A DNA stretch of 53,708 bases from Candidatus Nealsonbacteria bacterium (lineage in GTDB: Bacteria > Patescibacteriota > Minisyncoccia > Minisyncoccales > PWPS01). The stretch is taken from contig PWKU01000027.1 in the NCBI GenBank assembly GCA_003559635.1, positions 1-53,708 on the forward strand. The letters run 5' to 3'. Positions within the stretch are counted from its first letter, which is position 1. Every line of letters starts with the position of its first letter. Below are positions 24,565-35,246 of this stretch, piece by piece. A program made the translations under genes and the position numbers. Under the pieces are notes generated by a model. The model worked only from the letters and a program-made list of their open reading frames with translations. It did not search any database and was not told where the DNA came from.

Positions 24565-26565
24565 ATGAAATTTTCATATAACCTTTTACAATCATTTTTT
24601 AAAGAGAAACTTCCTTCTGCGAATGAATTGGCAGAAGCTTTAATGATGCATTTTTTTGAAGTGGAAGAAATCGAAAAACTTGAAAAAGATACGATTTTGG
24701 ACATTGATATATTATCAAGCAGGGCGGGGGATTGTTTTTCACACAACGGGGTTGCACGTGAAATAGCCGCAATTACCGGTAAAAAATATCAGCCTTTTGA
24801 CACGAAAATAAGAGAAAGTAAGCAAGAAATAACGGAACGCATCGAAGCGGATGTAAGAAGCGCTTGTTCCCGGTATACCTTGCGAGCCGTAGATAATGTA
24901 AAAGTGAAAGAGTCTCCTCTTTATATACAGCAAAGACTGAAAACATGTGGGATAAAGCCGATTAACAATATAGTGGATATTACAAACTATGTGATGCTTG
25001 AAACGGGTCAACCATTACACGCCTTTGATGCGGATAAGATAGAAGGAGGTAAAATATTCGTGCGTTATGCAAAAAAGAGAGAGAAAATTGTTACTCTTGA
25101 CGAAAAGAGATATGAGCTAAAAGATAATATTCTAATTATCGCCGATGAGCTTTCGCCTATAGGAATTGCCGGCATAAAGGGAGGAATTGTTCCTGAAATT
25201 GATGCGAACACCAAGTCGATATACTTGGAGGCAGGAAATTTTGATCCAATAACTATACGAAAAGGATCACAAGACCTAAAATTAAGAACGGATGCTTCAC
25301 TAAGATTTGAACACGGAATATCTCCGGAACTCACTCAAATTGCCGTAGATAGAGCGGCCAAACTTATTTCCGAGATTGCGAAAGGCAATGTTGTTAAAGG
25401 CATGATAGACTACTATCCGGAAAAAGCGAAGGAAACGGAAATAAGTTTTAAAATCGATGAACTGCGGAAAGTCTTGGGGGTGGACATATCACTAAAAGAA
25501 GTGGAGAAAATATTGCGGTCTTTGGAGTTTAAAGTGAAAAGAAGCAATGGTTCTTTTTTTGTCATTCCTCCTGTTCTTCGTACGGATATTTTCATTAAAG
25601 AAGATGTATTTGAAGAAGTAGGAAGGATTTACGGCTATGAAAACATTGAAAAATCTGTTCCCGAAGAAAGCGTTATTCCGGCGGAAAAAGAAGAATACTT
25701 TGAAGTAAAAGATTTTTGTAAGAACCTTTGGCAGAGTTTTGGATTCAATGAAAGCTATAATTATTCCTTTATTAATGAAGATGGGGCCAACTGTTATGAC
25801 ATAAAAAAACTTATTGAGATGGAAAAGCCGGTAAGTTTGGAATTTAAATATTTAAGGCCTTCGCTTCTTCTAGGGTTATTAAAAAATGTGGCGGAAAATG
25901 AAAAAAATTATCAAGACATAAGAATTTTTGAACTGGGAAGTGTCTTTTTCAAGGAAGGGATAGAGAGCACAGAGCTCAAAAAGTTATCGGCGGTTTCTAC
26001 GGTTGATGATTTTTATCAGATGAAAGGGAAGATAGATATGTTTTTAAGAAAGTTGTCCGGAAAGAGCGCCTCTTATAAGGAGACGGAGAAGAACAGCGTT
26101 CTAAATACAAGAAGAGCGGCAGAAGTGTTGCTAAATAACGAAGAGATTGGATTCTTAGGGGAAGCTTCACAAGAAATGAAGAAAAAACTAAAAATCAAAA
26201 GAGAAGTGGTTTTATTTGAGATTGATTTTGAGAAGATAGTAGGTGCCTATGAAAGCGTAAAGAAGTATGAACAGATTCTAAAATTTCCATCCTCTGTAAG
26301 AGATATTTCCGTTCTTGTTCCCAAAAATGAGCCTTATTTAAACGTTTTAGAAAAAATCAGCAAGGAGGGTGGGGCTATGCTCAGAAAAGTGGATCTTTTT
26401 GATTTTTATGAGGGGAAGGAGATTCCTAAAAATATGAAGAATTTTGCTTTTCGTTTAATTTTTCAAGCAAAGGATAAAACCCTTTCTTCGAAAGAAGTGA
26501 ACGTCTTGCAAGAAAAAATAATTAAAGCGCTGGATAAAGTGCCGGAATGGAAAGTGAGAAAGTAA
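24565..26565 (+). CDS. pheT: Phenylalanine--tRNA ligase beta subunit (compact, 666 aa)
   Basis: Follows pheS by 3 nt. B3/4 domain block NNIVDITNYVMLETGQPLHAFD. C-terminal FDFYEGKEIPKNMKNFAFRLIFQ (anticodon-binding FDX-ACB type). Confidence 0.92.
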   Translation: MKFSYNLLQSFFKEKLPSANELAEALMMHFFEVEEIEKLEKDTILDIDILSSRAGDCFSHNGVAREIAAITGKKYQPFDTKIRESKQEITERIEADVRSACSRYTLRAVDNVKVKESPLYIQQRLKTCGIKPINNIVDITNYVMLETGQPLHAFDADKIEGGKIFVRYAKKREKIVTLDEKRYELKDNILIIADELSPIGIAGIKGGIVPEIDANTKSIYLEAGNFDPITIRKGSQDLKLRTDASLRFEHGISPELTQIAVDRAAKLISEIAKGNVVKGMIDYYPEKAKETEISFKIDELRKVLGVDISLKEVEKILRSLEFKVKRSNGSFFVIPPVLRTDIFIKEDVFEEVGRIYGYENIEKSVPEESVIPAEKEEYFEVKDFCKNLWQSFGFNESYNYSFINEDGANCYDIKKLIEMEKPVSLEFKYLRPSLLLGLLKNVAENEKNYQDIRIFELGSVFFKEGIESTELKKLSAVSTVDDFYQMKGKIDMFLRKLSGKSASYKETEKNSVLNTRRAAEVLLNNEEIGFLGEASQEMKKKLKIKREVVLFEIDFEKIVGAYESVKKYEQILKFPSSVRDISVLVPKNEPYLNVLEKISKEGGAMLRKVDLFDFYEGKEIPKNMKNFAFRLIFQAKDKTLSSKEVNVLQEKIIKALDKVPEWKVRK

Positions 26566-26573
26566 AATTATAA

Positions 26574-28538
<1,965 letters not shown>

Positions 28539-28540
28539 AA

Positions 28541-28569
28541 TTGACAAATAAGCCTTTTTCCAATATAAT
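28541..28569 (+). promoter_or_regulatory. Consensus sigma70 promoter for secE-nusG-rplK
   Basis: Perfect TTGACA (28541-28546), exactly 17-nt spacer, perfect TATAAT (28564-28569). Lies 22 nt before the secE ATG. Confidence 0.7.
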
Positions 28570-28591
28570 TGGCGGGTAATTTGACAGAAAC

Positions 28592-28774
28592 ATGAATAAA
28601 TTAACACAGTTTTTAAAAGAAGTAAGGCAAGAAGTAAGGAAAGTAACCTGGCCAACAAAAGAAGAAACTATAAGGTATTCTTTAATGGTTGTTATTGCTT
28701 CTCTTTTGGTTGCCGTCTATCTCGGAGGAATAGACTATGTTGTCGCTGAAGCATTAAAAAGATTTATCCAATAA
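28592..28774 (+). CDS. secE: Preprotein translocase subunit SecE
   Basis: 60 aa: FLKEVRQEVRKVTWPTKEE followed by a single TM helix. Precedes nusG. Confidence 0.9.
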   Translation: MNKLTQFLKEVRQEVRKVTWPTKEETIRYSLMVVIASLLVAVYLGGIDYVVAEALKRFIQ

Positions 28775-28782
28775 ATTTTAGC

Positions 28783-29328
28783 ATGAGTAGACAGGAAGCT
28801 ACACAAGAGAAAAGGTGGTATGTTATTCATACTTATTCAGGGTATGAAGAGGCTGTTGCAAAAAACTTGCAGCAGAGGGTAGACTCTTTTGGGATGAAAG
28901 ATAAAATTTTTGAAGTTATCGTTCCTCGCGAGAAAAAAATTAAAATTAGGGACGGGAAAAGAAAAGAAGTAGAAGAAAAACTTTATCCCGGCTATGTTTT
29001 AGTCCAGATGATTGTTACTGATGAGTCCTGGTATGTAGTGCGTAACACGCCGAATGTTAGCGGCTTTGTTGGCGCGGGCGTTACACCTGTTCCACTTTCG
29101 CAAGGAGAGGTTGATATTTTAATGAAAAGGATAAAGCAAGAAGCTCCCCAGTACAAAATTAATGTGGAAGAAGGGGACAGCGTTAAAATAACCGACGGCC
29201 CGTTCAAGGACTTTGATGGAAAAGTTTCCGGAGTAGATAGAGAAAAAGGAAAAGTAAAGGTTTTGGTAAATATGTTCGGAAGAGATACTTCAGTGGAACT
29301 GGACTCGTTACAAATCAAAAAACTATAA
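28783..29328 (+). CDS. nusG: Transcription termination/antitermination factor NusG
   Basis: KRWYVIHTYSGYEEAV N-terminal domain, and KOW motif GDSVKITDGPFKDFDGKV. Confidence 0.94.
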   Translation: MSRQEATQEKRWYVIHTYSGYEEAVAKNLQQRVDSFGMKDKIFEVIVPREKKIKIRDGKRKEVEEKLYPGYVLVQMIVTDESWYVVRNTPNVSGFVGAGVTPVPLSQGEVDILMKRIKQEAPQYKINVEEGDSVKITDGPFKDFDGKVSGVDREKGKVKVLVNMFGRDTSVELDSLQIKKL

Positions 29329-29347
29329 AACGTAAAGTTAAGGCATT

Positions 29348-29773
29348 ATGGCTAAAAAAGTAAAAGCGGTAGTAAAGCTACAGATTGAAGCGGGAAAAGC
29401 AACGCCTGCTCCTCCTGTTGGACCGGCACTTGCACAGCATGGTATAAACATGGGTCAATTTTGCTCGGATTTTAACAACAAGACGCAAGATAGAGCGGGA
29501 TCGACCGTTCCTGTTGAGATTATAATCTATGAAGGGGGAACATATGACTTTATATTAAAGGAGCCTCCGGCAGCAGAGTTGATTCTTAAGACGGCGGGTA
29601 TCGAAAAGGGGTCGGGCAATCCTAAAAAGAAGAAAGTAGGCGAGCTTACGAGAGATCAGCTCCGTGAAATCGCGCAAAAGAAAATGCCCGATCTGAATAC
29701 TGATGATATAGATGCAGCAATGAAAATAATTGAAGGAACCGCCAAAAATATGGGCATTAATATTAAAGAATAA
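29348..29773 (+). CDS. rplK: 50S ribosomal protein L11
   Basis: [35 protein letters not shown]. Confidence 0.95.
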   Translation: MAKKVKAVVKLQIEAGKATPAPPVGPALAQHGINMGQFCSDFNNKTQDRAGSTVPVEIIIYEGGTYDFILKEPPAAELILKTAGIEKGSGNPKKKKVGELTRDQLREIAQKKMPDLNTDDIDAAMKIIEGTAKNMGINIKE

Positions 29774-29780
29774 TTAAAAT

Positions 29781-30254
29781 ATGGAAAGAATTCCTACAGA
29801 TGAATATTTCTTGAAGATTGCTGCTGTAGTGGCGGAACGGTCTACTTGTCGAAGAAGAAAAATAGGTGCTGTCGCGGTGCGTGACAAGCAGATACTTTCT
29901 ACCGGGTATAACGGGGCGCCGGCTGGGATGAAGGATTGCTTGGAGCTGGGTTGTCTAAGAGATGAGAACAATATTCCCTCGGGGAAAATGCACGAAGTTT
30001 GTCGGGCAATTCACGCGGAACAAAATGCGATTATACAAGGATGTTTGCATGGTATCTCTTTGGAAGGTGCAACACTTTATTGCACACACACTCCTTGTGT
30101 TCTTTGTGCAAAAATGCTCATCAATGCGAAAATAAAGCGCTGCGTAAGCTTTAGGGAATACTCTGAAGATACTTTTATTAAACTTTTCAAAGAGACTGGA
30201 ACAGAGTTTGATGTTTTAAAAAAACCAGGCTCAAAAATAAATTTTTTGGATTAA
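29781..30254 (+). CDS. dCMP deaminase (ComEB family)
   Basis: Zinc motifs HAEQNAI and PCVLCAKMLINA; VGAVAVRDKQILSTGYNG. Confidence 0.88.
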   Translation: MERIPTDEYFLKIAAVVAERSTCRRRKIGAVAVRDKQILSTGYNGAPAGMKDCLELGCLRDENNIPSGKMHEVCRAIHAEQNAIIQGCLHGISLEGATLYCTHTPCVLCAKMLINAKIKRCVSFREYSEDTFIKLFKETGTEFDVLKKPGSKINFLD

Positions 30255-30256
30255 AA

Positions 30257-30808
30257 ATGGCGAAAAAAGTTATTGGCCTTGTCGGGGAGACAGGCTCGGG
30301 AAAAGATACATTTTGTAATATTGCAAAAAAACAATTTTCCTCTGTTTTGCTCCCGCGATTTTCAGAGCCCCTATCAGAAGCATTGGGGCTTTTTTTTGAT
30401 GAAATAAAAAAAGAAGATCAACAGTGGCTGGCAAGCGCTTTAAGGGACCGATTTGGAGAGGATATTTTAATGAAAAGTATTGCCAAAAAAATAGAGAAAG
30501 CGGATGAAGAAATAATCATTCTTAATGGAATAAGAGTTAAAGAAGAATTTGATTTTATTAAGAGTTTGGGAGGGGTTATTGTTTACATTGCCCTTGATCC
30601 CCGAGCAAGGTGGGAGAGGGTGAGAGAAAGGAAAGAAAAAAAAGATGATAATGTTTCTTATGAGGAATTTGTAAAAATCGACAAAGGGAGACCCGAGACT
30701 CAAATTAAAAATTTAGGGGAAGAGGCTGACATTACGATAAAAAATGACAAAAGCATAGAAGATTTGGAAAAAAAAGCAATACAACTAATTGAAAACGTCA
30801 ATGAGTAA
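30257..30808 (+). CDS. P-loop kinase resembling phage T4 gp1-type deoxynucleoside monophosphate kinase
   Basis: Walker A GLVGETGSGKDT (gp1 has SGVKRSGKDT). NGIR...GGVIVYI and the C-terminal ITIKNDKSIEDLEKK tail resemble gp1 blocks as I recall them. Embedded between dCMP deaminase and tmk. Confidence 0.45.
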   Translation: MAKKVIGLVGETGSGKDTFCNIAKKQFSSVLLPRFSEPLSEALGLFFDEIKKEDQQWLASALRDRFGEDILMKSIAKKIEKADEEIIILNGIRVKEEFDFIKSLGGVIVYIALDPRARWERVRERKEKKDDNVSYEEFVKIDKGRPETQIKNLGEEADITIKNDKSIEDLEKKAIQLIENVNE

Positions 30809-31424
30809 AAAAAACAACATAAGGAGAGGTAGGTTTATTGTCTTTGAGGGTCTCGACGGATCTGGCCAATCCACTCAGGCGGAAAGGCTCACGGAACGTC
30901 TAAATAAAAATAAAGTAAAAGCACATCTCACGAAAGAACCAACGAACAATTTAATAGGAGGACTTATCAGGGGGCAGCTTCAGGGTGATTGGAAGAGTAC
31001 TCCAGAATGTTTGCAACTTCTCTTTGCAGCCGACAGAGCTCATCATTTGCAAAGAGAAATTATCCCTTATTTGGAAAAAGGAATATCTGTTGTATGTGAT
31101 AGATACTTCTTTTCCACCATTGCTTTTGGGTCACTAGAGATAGACGATTGGCAGTGGCTTAAAGAAATAAACAAAAGGTTTCTTCTCCCGGACATTGTTT
31201 TTTATCTTAAAACGTCTCCTAAAACGTGCATTAAAAGAATTAGTGATAGCAGATTTAGTTTTGAGCTTTTTGAAAAAGAAAAAAAACTAGAAACAATCAA
31301 GAAAAGTTATGATAGGCTTGCCAAAGAGTATGGCTCTTTTGAAATTGTAGATGGTGAGAAAGGGATTGATGAGGTAGAGGAAGAAATTAATAATAAGGTC
31401 AAAAAAAAGTTAAACTTAATTTAA
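30801..31424 (+). CDS. tmk: Thymidylate (dTMP) kinase
   Basis: FIVFEGLDGSGQSTQ P-loop, TKEPT, DRYFFST. The ATG at 30801 overlaps the preceding stop (ATGAGTAA); the track start at 30789 is TTG. Confidence 0.9.
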   Translation: MSKKNNIRRGRFIVFEGLDGSGQSTQAERLTERLNKNKVKAHLTKEPTNNLIGGLIRGQLQGDWKSTPECLQLLFAADRAHHLQREIIPYLEKGISVVCDRYFFSTIAFGSLEIDDWQWLKEINKRFLLPDIVFYLKTSPKTCIKRISDSRFSFELFEKEKKLETIKKSYDRLAKEYGSFEIVDGEKGIDEVEEEINNKVKKKLNLI

Positions 31425-31430
31425 AAGAAT

Positions 31431-32897
31431 ATGTCTGAGCTCAAAAGGAGAATTTACGCCCTTCCCGCCGAGCTTATGCCGGAAGTGAAGGCGGTAACTT
31501 TTGCGAAATGCTCAAGAAGCCCTGAGTCATTTGACGAAATAGCGAAGGAACTCACGGAAGAAAACTCGGCGGATTTTCATGAAAAATGGATTGTCGGCTA
31601 CGGGCATTCGTCCGTCGCGGAGCACGCGGTTCTTTCTTTGGCCATGGAAAATGTTTCGATTCTCGCCACGAAAGTCATAGAAGATACGCGGTTGGCTTCT
31701 TTTACGGAAAAATCGACGAGGTATCAGATTTTTAACAGAGACAAGGTGTACAAGCCTGGTAATGTTTTAAACTCTTCTATGGGTAAGGTATATCAAGATG
31801 CGACTGACCTATTAATGGATGTCTATGAAGAACTCTCCGAACCGATGAGGAAATTTGTTGAAAAAAAATATCCCAGAGAGAAAGATCAAAGCGAGAAATT
31901 GTATAACATGATTTCTAAAGCGAGAGCATGTGATAATATCAGGTATCTTCTCCCAACGGCAATTACAACAAATCTCGGAATGACCATTAATGCCAGGGGA
32001 CTAGAGCACCTGATTAAAAAATTACTTTCTCATGATCTTGAGGAGATGAGAGCTATTGGAGAAGAGATTAAAGAAAAAGGGGTTACCGAGGTTCCAACTC
32101 TAATCCGCTACGCTCAAGAAAATGAATATTTTAAAGAGACAAGAAAAGCACTAAGGAAAACTGGAGAAGAATATGCAATCAATGAGGCGGGAGACAATAC
32201 TGCCGTAAAAATTATCGACTACGACAAGAACGCTGAAGATAAAATAATTACATCACTTTTATATCCTCACGGGCAACTTTCGTATTCTGAAATTATGGAG
32301 AAAGTTATGGGAATGAGCGAAAAAGAGAAAGAAAATGTTCTGGAAGAGTCTCTAAAGAGAAGAGGTAAGTTCGATGCTCCCTTAAGGGAATTTGAGCACA
32401 TATATTATACTTTCGAGATTTTAGTTGATTATGGAGCGTTTCGAGATATTCAGCGCCACAGAATGTGCACTCAGACCAATCAAAACGTTACTACGGTTCA
32501 TGGATACGATATGCCTCCGGAGATAAAAGAAGCCGGTCTTGATGGTAAATTCAGGAAGGCGGTGGAGGAAGCGGCGGCGGCGTTTGAGGAAATATATAAA
32601 GAGTTTCCTCAAGAAGCGCAATATGTGGTTCCTCTTTGTTTCAGAAAAAGGGTTTTAATAACGTGGAACTTGAGGGAGCTTTTTCATTTCATCTCTCTAA
32701 GAAGCGGAAAGAAAGGGCATGCATCCTATAGAAGAATTGCTCAAGAGTGCTGGAGGCAACTGGAAAAAATCCATCCTTTGTTTGCAAAATATATCAATGT
32801 TGATATGGACGATATGGATGCGTCCTGGGCTGCGACTCTTGAAAATAAGGAATACTACTACAATCCTTTTGCCAACCGTAAAAAAGGCAAAAATTGA
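31431..32897 (+). CDS. thyX: FAD-dependent thymidylate synthase ThyX, double-length (two ThyX-like halves)
   Basis: The N-terminal half has GHSSVAEH ... DTRLASFTEKSTRY ... NARGLEHLIKKL. The C-terminal half has FEHIYYTFEI ... FRDIQRHRM ... NLRELFHFISLRSG. Confidence 0.8.
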   Translation: MSELKRRIYALPAELMPEVKAVTFAKCSRSPESFDEIAKELTEENSADFHEKWIVGYGHSSVAEHAVLSLAMENVSILATKVIEDTRLASFTEKSTRYQIFNRDKVYKPGNVLNSSMGKVYQDATDLLMDVYEELSEPMRKFVEKKYPREKDQSEKLYNMISKARACDNIRYLLPTAITTNLGMTINARGLEHLIKKLLSHDLEEMRAIGEEIKEKGVTEVPTLIRYAQENEYFKETRKALRKTGEEYAINEAGDNTAVKIIDYDKNAEDKIITSLLYPHGQLSYSEIMEKVMGMSEKEKENVLEESLKRRGKFDAPLREFEHIYYTFEILVDYGAFRDIQRHRMCTQTNQNVTTVHGYDMPPEIKEAGLDGKFRKAVEEAAAAFEEIYKEFPQEAQYVVPLCFRKRVLITWNLRELFHFISLRSGKKGHASYRRIAQECWRQLEKIHPLFAKYINVDMDDMDASWAATLENKEYYYNPFANRKKGKN

Positions 32898-32962
32898 ACT
32901 CACTTTCTCCTTATGCTACTCTGTTGTTAGAGTAGGAATTATTAACTAATTTTAAAACCAAT

Positions 32963-33622
32963 ATGAGCATTGCTAAAACAATAGATCATACGAACATCAA
33001 TAATGATGCCACTGAAGAAGATATTAAAAAACTTTGTGACGAGGCGAAAGAATACGGATTTCACGGGGTGTGTGTTAATCCCGAGTGGGTTAATTTTTGT
33101 GCAAAAGAACTTGAAGGAAGCGAAGTAAAAGTAGTGGTTCTTATTGACCCTCCAATGGGACTTAGCTTTCACGAAGAAAGAATAAAAATGTGTGAGAGGG
33201 CAAAAGAGGATGGAGCACAGGAACTGGATATTGTAATGAATATTGTTGACTTAAAATATGATCGTTATGAAAAGATACTTGAAGATTTAAAGCCGGTGTG
33301 CTCTCTTCTGGATACAAAAGTAATTATTGGTTCCGGCTATCTCACGGATAATGAAATAAAAAAAGCGTCGGAGCTTACCAAAGAAGCGGGGGCTATTTGT
33401 GTTAAAACGGCCACTTTCAAAGACCCCCTTGAGGAAAGGGAAGTGGAGGAGAAGGGTTGTCATTTGAAGATTATGAAAGAAGCTGCTCCGGGACTTTTGG
33501 TCAAAGCTTCGGGCAACATCAGAAACTACACTCAGGCGAAGTACATGATAGATTCTGGAGCTGATATAATAGGAACAAGTTCCGGTGTGCAAATAGTAAA
33601 AGATGAGAACCCAAGCAGTTAG
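32963..33622 (+). CDS. deoC: Deoxyribose-phosphate aldolase family
   Basis: IDHTNI, HGVCVNPEWV, GAQELDIVMNI, Schiff-base lysine context ICVKTATF. Confidence 0.75.
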   Translation: MSIAKTIDHTNINNDATEEDIKKLCDEAKEYGFHGVCVNPEWVNFCAKELEGSEVKVVVLIDPPMGLSFHEERIKMCERAKEDGAQELDIVMNIVDLKYDRYEKILEDLKPVCSLLDTKVIIGSGYLTDNEIKKASELTKEAGAICVKTATFKDPLEEREVEEKGCHLKIMKEAAPGLLVKASGNIRNYTQAKYMIDSGADIIGTSSGVQIVKDENPSS

Positions 33623-33677
33623 TAAAAAGCGGAGAAATATAAAGGTAATTTTGATTTTTGATTATTGAACAAGATTT

Positions 33678-35147
33678 ATGTATAACCCTGTTATTGGATT
33701 GGAAATCCATACGCAACTGAAAACGGAAGCGAAGATGTTTTGTCCTTGTGTGAATAACCCGGAAGTAAAAGAACCGAATATCTATGTTTGCCCAATATGT
33801 TTGGGTCACCCGGGAACACTTCCGGTAATAAACAAAAAGGCGGTCTCAAAGGTTCTTGAAGCGGGAAAAGCGTTGAATTGCGAACTGAGAGAAGTTTCTC
33901 GATTTGACAGGAAGAGCTATTTTTATCCGGATCTTCCAAAAGGATACCAGATATCACAAGACAGAAGGCCACTTTGCTTTGGTGGGTATTTAAAGATTGA
34001 CGGAAAAAGAATCCGTATCAATCGAATTCACCTGGAAGAAGACACAGGAAGACTTGTTCATGACGATAAAAAAGGACACTCTTTGGTTGACTTCAATAGA
34101 GCAGGAGTTCCTTTGATGGAACTGGTTACCGAGGCCGATATACGCTCCGCCGACGAGGCTCGCAAATTTGCCGAAGAGCTTCGTCTTATATTTCGCTATC
34201 TTGATATCTCTGATGCTAATATGGATTACGGGCAAATGAGAATAGAAGTCAATATTTCTGTTTCACATATGGAAGGAAGAAAGGGGACAAAGGTGGAAGT
34301 TAAAAACCTTAACTCGTTCCGTGCGGTTTCTCTTGCCACGGAGTATGAAGTAAAGAGACAAAAAGACTTACTTGAAAAAGGGGAGAGGATTATTCAGGAA
34401 ACCAGAGGATGGAATGACAAACAGGAAAAAACTTTCAGCCAGAGAGAAAAAGAAGAAGCGCATGATTATCGTTATCTTCCGGAACCCGATCTCCCCCCGC
34501 TTCATCTAAACGAAGAGCCCTTCAAAAAAAATGAATTAAAGATTAGAACGGAATTACCACAGGAAAAAAGAAAGCGCTTTGAGGAGTATTATGATATCAA
34601 GGGGTCAAAAGAAATGGAGGTTTTTATTAACAATAAAGTTTTGGCGGATTATTTTGAAGAAATTGTTCAAGAGGCGGTTAGGAAAAGAAAAAAAGAAGAG
34701 TGGCGTGATAAGCTAGGGACTGAAGAAGAAAAAGAAATTATCCAGATTACAAAAAACTATCTTTTGTCCGATCTTCTCGGGATGCTTGAAGGGCGCTCAA
34801 TAAAGGAAAGTATTATTGAAAAAGAGGATTTTGCGGATTTTGTGATACTTATATACAAAAAAGAGATTTCAAGTAAAATAGCCAAGATTGTTCTTAGAGA
34901 AATGTTCTCTTCCGGGGGAAGTCCTATGAAAATCATAGAAGAAAAGGAACTTTCTCAGATAGACGACCACAGTGAGGTGGAAAAAATTGTTGAGGAGGTT
35001 GTAAAAGAAAATGAGAAAGCGGCAGAAGACTACCGCGGTGGGAAAGAGGAAGCTCTTAAATTTTTAGTGGGGCAAATAATGGCAAAAACAAAAGGAAGAG
35101 CAAATCCCGAAGAGGTGAATGAAATTCTTAAAAATCACCTTCAATAA
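33678..35147 (+). CDS. gatB: Asp/Glu-tRNA amidotransferase subunit B
   Basis: VIGLEIHTQL, CPICLGHPGTLP, YFYPDLPKGYQISQ, IHLEEDTGR, DFNRAGVPLMELVTE, and a C-terminal YqeY-like domain. Confidence 0.94.
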   Translation: MYNPVIGLEIHTQLKTEAKMFCPCVNNPEVKEPNIYVCPICLGHPGTLPVINKKAVSKVLEAGKALNCELREVSRFDRKSYFYPDLPKGYQISQDRRPLCFGGYLKIDGKRIRINRIHLEEDTGRLVHDDKKGHSLVDFNRAGVPLMELVTEADIRSADEARKFAEELRLIFRYLDISDANMDYGQMRIEVNISVSHMEGRKGTKVEVKNLNSFRAVSLATEYEVKRQKDLLEKGERIIQETRGWNDKQEKTFSQREKEEAHDYRYLPEPDLPPLHLNEEPFKKNELKIRTELPQEKRKRFEEYYDIKGSKEMEVFINNKVLADYFEEIVQEAVRKRKKEEWRDKLGTEEEKEIIQITKNYLLSDLLGMLEGRSIKESIIEKEDFADFVILIYKKEISSKIAKIVLREMFSSGGSPMKIIEEKELSQIDDHSEVEKIVEEVVKENEKAAEDYRGGKEEALKFLVGQIMAKTKGRANPEEVNEILKNHLQ

Positions 35148-35166
35148 AAAAATGGGAAAGGTGTAA

Positions 35167-35199
35167 AAAAATGCCAAAGGTGTCACCTTTGGCATTTTT
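35167..35199. repeat. REP-like palindrome, family A variant (copy 4), in the convergent gatB/miaA spacer
   Basis: aaaaatgccaaaggtg-t-cacctttggcattttt differs from the RAYT-flanking copies only by a T-to-C change and its mirror A-to-G, so pairing is preserved. Confidence 0.85.
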
Positions 35200-35213
35200 A
35201 TTTGCGGAAGCTT

Positions 35214-35242
35214 TACTTTCGGAGGCTAAGCCTCCGAAAGTA
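35214..35242. terminator. Hairpin at the miaA 3' end (convergent-gene terminator candidate)
   Basis: tactttcggaggc-taa-gcctccgaaagta is a 13-bp perfect stem, 5 nt beyond the miaA stop (35247). Confidence 0.5.
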
Positions 35243-35246
35243 TTCT

